Below, piece by piece: positions 25,522-29,024 of a DNA stretch of 29,024 bases. The stretch is from a virus (taxonomy: Duplodnaviria > Caudoviricetes). Within the stretch, counting starts at the first letter, position 1. The number at the start of each line of letters is the position of its first letter. The notes below the pieces were generated by a model, which saw nothing but the letters and a program-made list of their open reading frames with translations, was not told where the DNA came from and ran no database searches. The translations under genes were made by a program, and so were the position numbers. The DNA lies in IMG/VR virus record IMGVR_UViG_3300020440_001367, positions 1 to 29,024 of that record. One strand, written 5' to 3'.

Positions 25522-26047
25522 ATATGAATACTATGACTGGACACAATTAATCAGTGAAAGAGATATTAATCATATGTGTAGAGATGTTGAAAACGGAATA
25601 AGGGCAGGAAAGTTTTGGCATAATAGTCCTAAATACCAAACAAACTGGAATGTGTTCCAAGACTTTACAGATTTAAAAATGTCTTTCATTTGGTCTTGTT
25701 TTAGATTCCTAGGAAGAGAAGTACAAATTAAAAATATTCAAAGTTGGAGTTTTATGACTTCGTTAAAGAACGAAGAAGATAGAGATAAACTATGGCATCA
25801 TCATAACCATAATACAGCAACTACAACTGTAAGTGGAGTATTCTATATGCGTTTACCTGATGATGTTAAAGATTTAGAAAAAGCTGGCACTGAACTTGCA
25901 CCGACAAGTCCAGAAGGAGAAGGTAATTTTTTTGTTCCTTGGAAAACAGGACACTGGATGATATATCCAGGAAAAGTATGGCACCGACCTGGTGTTGTAC
26001 AATCTATGAACGATAGATATATTGTAGCCGCAGACATGGAGTTTTAA
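25514..26047 (+). CDS. putative 2OG-Fe(II) oxygenase
   Basis: WHHHNH, SGVFYMRLP, GT, WMIYPGKVWHRP and R...AAD fit a double-stranded beta-helix oxygenase. Confidence 0.7.
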   Translation: MIEYEYYDWTQLISERDINHMCRDVENGIRAGKFWHNSPKYQTNWNVFQDFTDLKMSFIWSCFRFLGREVQIKNIQSWSFMTSLKNEEDRDKLWHHHNHNTATTTVSGVFYMRLPDDVKDLEKAGTELAPTSPEGEGNFFVPWKTGHWMIYPGKVWHRPGVVQSMNDRYIVAADMEF

Positions 26048-26731
26048 ATGAGTGTAAGATTAATATCATATAGTAAAGCATCTGAATTCGAAACATATCC
26101 AGATGGACAACCTTTAAATTGTCAGGATCTTGTTGCCTATTGTGCAAGAGTAAGTAATCCTGCAAACCAAATGAATAAAGAAACTAGCGAAAAATTAATT
26201 AAGTATCTAATAAAACATGCTCATTGGTCGCCATTAGAAATGGTAAGTGCTTGTTTAGAAATAAAAACAACAAGAGATATTGCACATCAAATTGTAAGAC
26301 ATCGAAGTTTTAGCTTCCAAGAATTTAGTCAACGTTATGCTGATCCAGAAGCACAAGGTGATATGTTTGAATACAGTGAAGCAAGACTACAAGACCCTAA
26401 AAACAGACAAAACTCTATAGAAGTCGACGATAAAAAATTACAGCAGGAATGGGAATGGGCTCAAATGCGTATAGCACATCTAGCCAAGAAAGAATACGAC
26501 TGGGCTATTAAAAAAGGTATAGCAAAAGAACAAGCAAGGAAAGTTCTTCCGGAAGGCCTTACAAAAACCACACTATATATGAATGGAACCTTACGAAGTT
26601 GGATCCATTATATTGACCTACGGGGTGCTAACGGCACACAAAAGGAACATATGGAAATTGCCCGATTATGTGCCGAAGTCATAGCAAAAATTTTTCCTAT
26701 GACAAACGAGCTTACTTACTCGTCGCCATAA
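26048..26731 (+). CDS. thyX: flavin-dependent thymidylate synthase
   Basis: HWSPLE, QIVRHRSFSFQEFSQRY, AKEQARKVLP and NGTLRSWIHYIDLR. Confidence 0.96.
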   Translation: MSVRLISYSKASEFETYPDGQPLNCQDLVAYCARVSNPANQMNKETSEKLIKYLIKHAHWSPLEMVSACLEIKTTRDIAHQIVRHRSFSFQEFSQRYADPEAQGDMFEYSEARLQDPKNRQNSIEVDDKKLQQEWEWAQMRIAHLAKKEYDWAIKKGIAKEQARKVLPEGLTKTTLYMNGTLRSWIHYIDLRGANGTQKEHMEIARLCAEVIAKIFPMTNELTYSSP

Positions 26732-27438
26732 ACTTCTAATACTTCTTTAACTGCTTCGTGCCTTTCAATGTCAGCGTGATTGAATGTTACACATGCTAAT
26801 CTACTTGCCTTTTGATGCCGTTTCAATTGACTTATAAAGTCTAGTAGGCCGTTATCACTCATCCTGTCAGCTTGGTTTAAGTCACCAGTGACTGCCATTT
26901 TTGATCCTTCGCCTAATCTTGTCAACAACATCTTCATTTGGCTTGCAGTAGAATTTTGCATTTCGTCTGCAACTATAAATGCACGTTTAAAAGTGCGACC
27001 ACGCATATACGCCAACGGTGCAATTTCTATTACACCTTCGTCTATCATGCCAGTAATTTCTTGTGATGTAAAGTAATCTCTTAATACATCAAAAACTGGT
27101 CTGGTCCAGGGTGCCATTTTCTGTTCTAAAGTCCCAGGCAAAAAACCTAAATCTTCGTCTACAGAAACAGCTGGTCTAGTTACAATAATCTTGTCAATAA
27201 CACCTTCTTTGAAAAGTTTTACCGCAGTCAAAACAGCAATGAGGGTCTTTCCTGTCCCCGCCGGACCAATTCCAAAGACTACGTCTTTTCTCGTGTCTGA
27301 CAAGGTAAGCAGGTATGTTTCCTGTGCTCTATTTCTTGGGTAAATCTTAACTGTTTTTTTCTTTTCTGGAAGGTAGTTATTTAATTGTACAACATTATTG
27401 TGAAAGTTCTTACTCTTTCGAGATCGTCTTGCACTCAT
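26716..27438 (-). CDS. phoH: PhoH-family ATPase
   Basis: GPAGTGKT, TRPAV, LGFLPG, PLAYMRGRTF, DEMQN, TRLG and GD..Q.D; start at ATG 27438 after AAGGAGG. Confidence 0.95.
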   Translation of the reverse strand: MSARRSRKSKNFHNNVVQLNNYLPEKKKTVKIYPRNRAQETYLLTLSDTRKDVVFGIGPAGTGKTLIAVLTAVKLFKEGVIDKIIVTRPAVSVDEDLGFLPGTLEQKMAPWTRPVFDVLRDYFTSQEITGMIDEGVIEIAPLAYMRGRTFKRAFIVADEMQNSTASQMKMLLTRLGEGSKMAVTGDLNQADRMSDNGLLDFISQLKRHQKASRLACVTFNHADIERHEAVKEVLEVYGDE

Positions 27439-27485
27439 GAAGCGTCCTCCTTTTGACTTCGTTTGTAGCGTTTTTACTACACAAA

Positions 27486-27539
27486 TATTTAGTAGATCAC
27501 TCCTAGAAGAAATGTACACAGACAATTATCTGATAAATA
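27486..27539. promoter_or_regulatory. divergent pair of TAAATA motifs
   Basis: TAAATA on - strand (27491-27486, toward phoH) and on + strand (27534-27539). Confidence 0.6.
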
Positions 27540-27563
27540 ATAGTACATGATAGGTGTGTTCAA

Positions 27564-28094
27564 ATGAAAGATATTTTAGACGTAATAAAAAACATACAAG
27601 GTATATACGAAAGCGATATGGCTTTCACCATTTTAAAGGACTTTGAAAGGGTGTTAGACGATTTAGACGTGTATGTGTATGAAAATTGGGCTGACGGAGA
27701 ACTTGTATCAGGTCCTAATATAACTAGACATTGGGTAACCTGTGCTTTTATGTGGGATTTAGATAAAATGCCAGACCCTAGTGGTGGCAAAAGACTATTA
27801 GATTATGATTGCAGAGTCACTTATAAAAAAGATAAAATAATCAAACCAAGAAAAATAAGAAATCCAGACGATGTACGTCCTGGAACTAAAAAGGGCAAAT
27901 TAGATACACATAGCATTTGGGTAGTAGAAATAATGATGCCGAAGAAACTTATTGCTGATATTTACGGTGGTTATAAAGCTATGAATGACTATGCTGTTGA
28001 TCCAGCAACTCAACCATCTGTACCAGCTGAGGCACAACCTGCAGAAGCGGCGGCAGATGCGACATTAGATGCTGAAACACCCGAGGTAGCATAA
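27564..28094 (+). CDS. hypothetical phage protein (176 aa)
   Basis: Long ORF with normal codon use; follows TAAATA; acidic Ala-rich tail. Confidence 0.8.
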   Translation: MKDILDVIKNIQGIYESDMAFTILKDFERVLDDLDVYVYENWADGELVSGPNITRHWVTCAFMWDLDKMPDPSGGKRLLDYDCRVTYKKDKIIKPRKIRNPDDVRPGTKKGKLDTHSIWVVEIMMPKKLIADIYGGYKAMNDYAVDPATQPSVPAEAQPAEAAADATLDAETPEVA

Positions 28095-28795
28095 TGGGAT
28101 TAGTCAAAGACGATCTAAAATTTTTAGTCGATAGTATAATTGAAATAGATTCTTACAAGTCAAAGATGGGTGAAGACCAAGACATAGTAACATTAGCCTT
28201 TAGTGTTACTGGACAGGAACCAGCAAAAGATTTAGAAAACTTTGTAGAAAAAGGATATCCTTTTGTACTAGATGCAGATGTTAGCTCAGGCGAACAACCA
28301 GACGGAACATATAAGGTATTTGTTGAATTAGAAAGATCTAAAGATGTTCCAATGCAAATATTAGAATTAGCCGACGGTGTAACAAAACTTTCCGACCTTG
28401 AAGGTTTTAGATTTAGATATCATAAAAACTTTAAAAGCAAAGACTTAAACAACGAAAATATTGCTGAAACTATTCCATTTGATTCAGATAGTTATGTAGC
28501 TAGAATAAAAGAAACAAATTTAGAAAATTATAAAAACTATTTTACTAACAGTTATGCAGAAAGTGTAGAAATGAAAGACGATGTATTGACTGTTAAGAAC
28601 ACTTATTCACAACCTGTGTCGTTTAAGGTTATGGATTTTGGTAAAGATATTGATATTAAGGAAAGTATCAATATGGAGGATATGGCTGAGGTTATCTGGC
28701 TAACTAAATATCTAGGCGATTACAATATAAACAAGTATGGTAAAGATCTAGTGCTAGAAAATCAAGGTTATGTGCTAAAGATAAGAAGGATCTAA
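28094..28795 (+). CDS. hypothetical phage protein (233 aa)
   Basis: GAGG RBS; TAATG coupling; acidic globular sequence. Confidence 0.8.
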   Translation: MGLVKDDLKFLVDSIIEIDSYKSKMGEDQDIVTLAFSVTGQEPAKDLENFVEKGYPFVLDADVSSGEQPDGTYKVFVELERSKDVPMQILELADGVTKLSDLEGFRFRYHKNFKSKDLNNENIAETIPFDSDSYVARIKETNLENYKNYFTNSYAESVEMKDDVLTVKNTYSQPVSFKVMDFGKDIDIKESINMEDMAEVIWLTKYLGDYNINKYGKDLVLENQGYVLKIRRI

Positions 28796-28796
28796 T

Positions 28797-29024
28797 ATGG
28801 CTAAAGAACATTTTAAATTCGAGTTTGAAGAATGGATGGCTGAAGAGCTTATTCATAGAGATGACTGGAAGGAATGGTACGAGGCAATGTGTGAGATATT
28901 GCCTTTGTGGGAAGTAAATACCATAGAAAGAGTAGCAGGGTTTGTTGCACAATGTGGACACGAATCAGCAGGCTTTAGAGTTTTATCTGAAAACTTAAAT
29001 TATAGTGCTAAAGCTCTTAATACA
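28797..29024 (+). CDS. glycoside hydrolase family 19 endolysin/lysozyme-like protein (partial, runs off the window)
   Basis: Translated by hand: MAKEHFKFEF...NTIERVAGFVAQCGHESAGFRVLSENLNYSAKAL, matching the GH19 R.A.F.AQ..HES.G...L.ENLNYS motif; AAGGA RBS. Confidence 0.85.
   Translation, partial: MAKEHFKFEFEEWMAEELIHRDDWKEWYEAMCEILPLWEVNTIERVAGFVAQCGHESAGFRVLSENLNYSAKALNT

Noticed and set aside
27465-27480. Small hairpin GTAG...CTAC in the phoH leader
   Set aside because: Only a 4-5 bp stem; too weak to call as a terminator or riboregulator.
27439-27525. Longer PhoH N-terminus in the ORF track
   Set aside because: The extension spans the promoter region; ATG 27438 has a strong AAGGAGG RBS.
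28705-28710. TAAATA inside the 233-aa gene, about 90 nt before the lysin
   Set aside because: It lies in coding sequence, and the hexamer is expected by chance in AT-rich DNA.
463-28961. Many minus-strand and alternate-frame ORFs of 62-141 aa in the supplied track (e.g. 3441-3773, 9360-9785, 10881-11252, 18614-18973)
   Set aside because: They are shadows of well-supported genes, with no motifs or RBS.
1-29024. Stop-codon reassignment
   Set aside because: Long genes are intact in the standard code, and TAA, TAG and TGA all end genes at sensible boundaries.
1-29024. tRNA, CRISPR array or structured ncRNA
   Set aside because: Intergenic gaps are very short, and no cloverleaf or regularly spaced direct repeats were seen.

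Overview
An AT-rich, gene-dense segment of a large tailed dsDNA phage (T4-like/jumbo-myovirus character, probably marine, probably infecting an alphaproteobacterium). It is read in the standard code, mostly on the + strand, with many TAATG/ATGA overlaps. The left part is a stress/auxiliary block: a PMM-type HAD enzyme, UvsE, a SOD1-like Cu/Zn superoxide dismutase and IscA. Positions 3424-19539 form a tail/baseplate block: a 2605-aa fibre with a C-terminal chaperone-like domain, three genes sharing a gp9/gp10-like N-terminus, an S8 protease and an Ig-repeat protein. The right part holds replication and auxiliary genes: a stand-alone DnaE palm fragment, GroES, MazG, a DEDD exonuclease, a clamp loader, an APS-kinase-like plus HxGH nucleotidyltransferase pair, FdxA, HNH, parvulin, zf-CHCC, a 2OG-Fe(II) oxygenase, ThyX, PhoH and the start of a GH19 lysin. 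Two promoter classes are visible: sigma70-type TTGACA-17-TAnnnT, and a recurrent TAAATA late-type motif. The main observations are (1) apparent complete avoidance of GCWGC, with Ala-Ala pairs recoded to GCG/GCC-GCN; (2) a DnaE fragment that ends just before the catalytic motif and has no intein; (3) a SOD1-like enzyme with a Cys-rich N-terminal extension on an apparently leaderless late transcript. All family calls come from motif recognition by eye; no searches were run.
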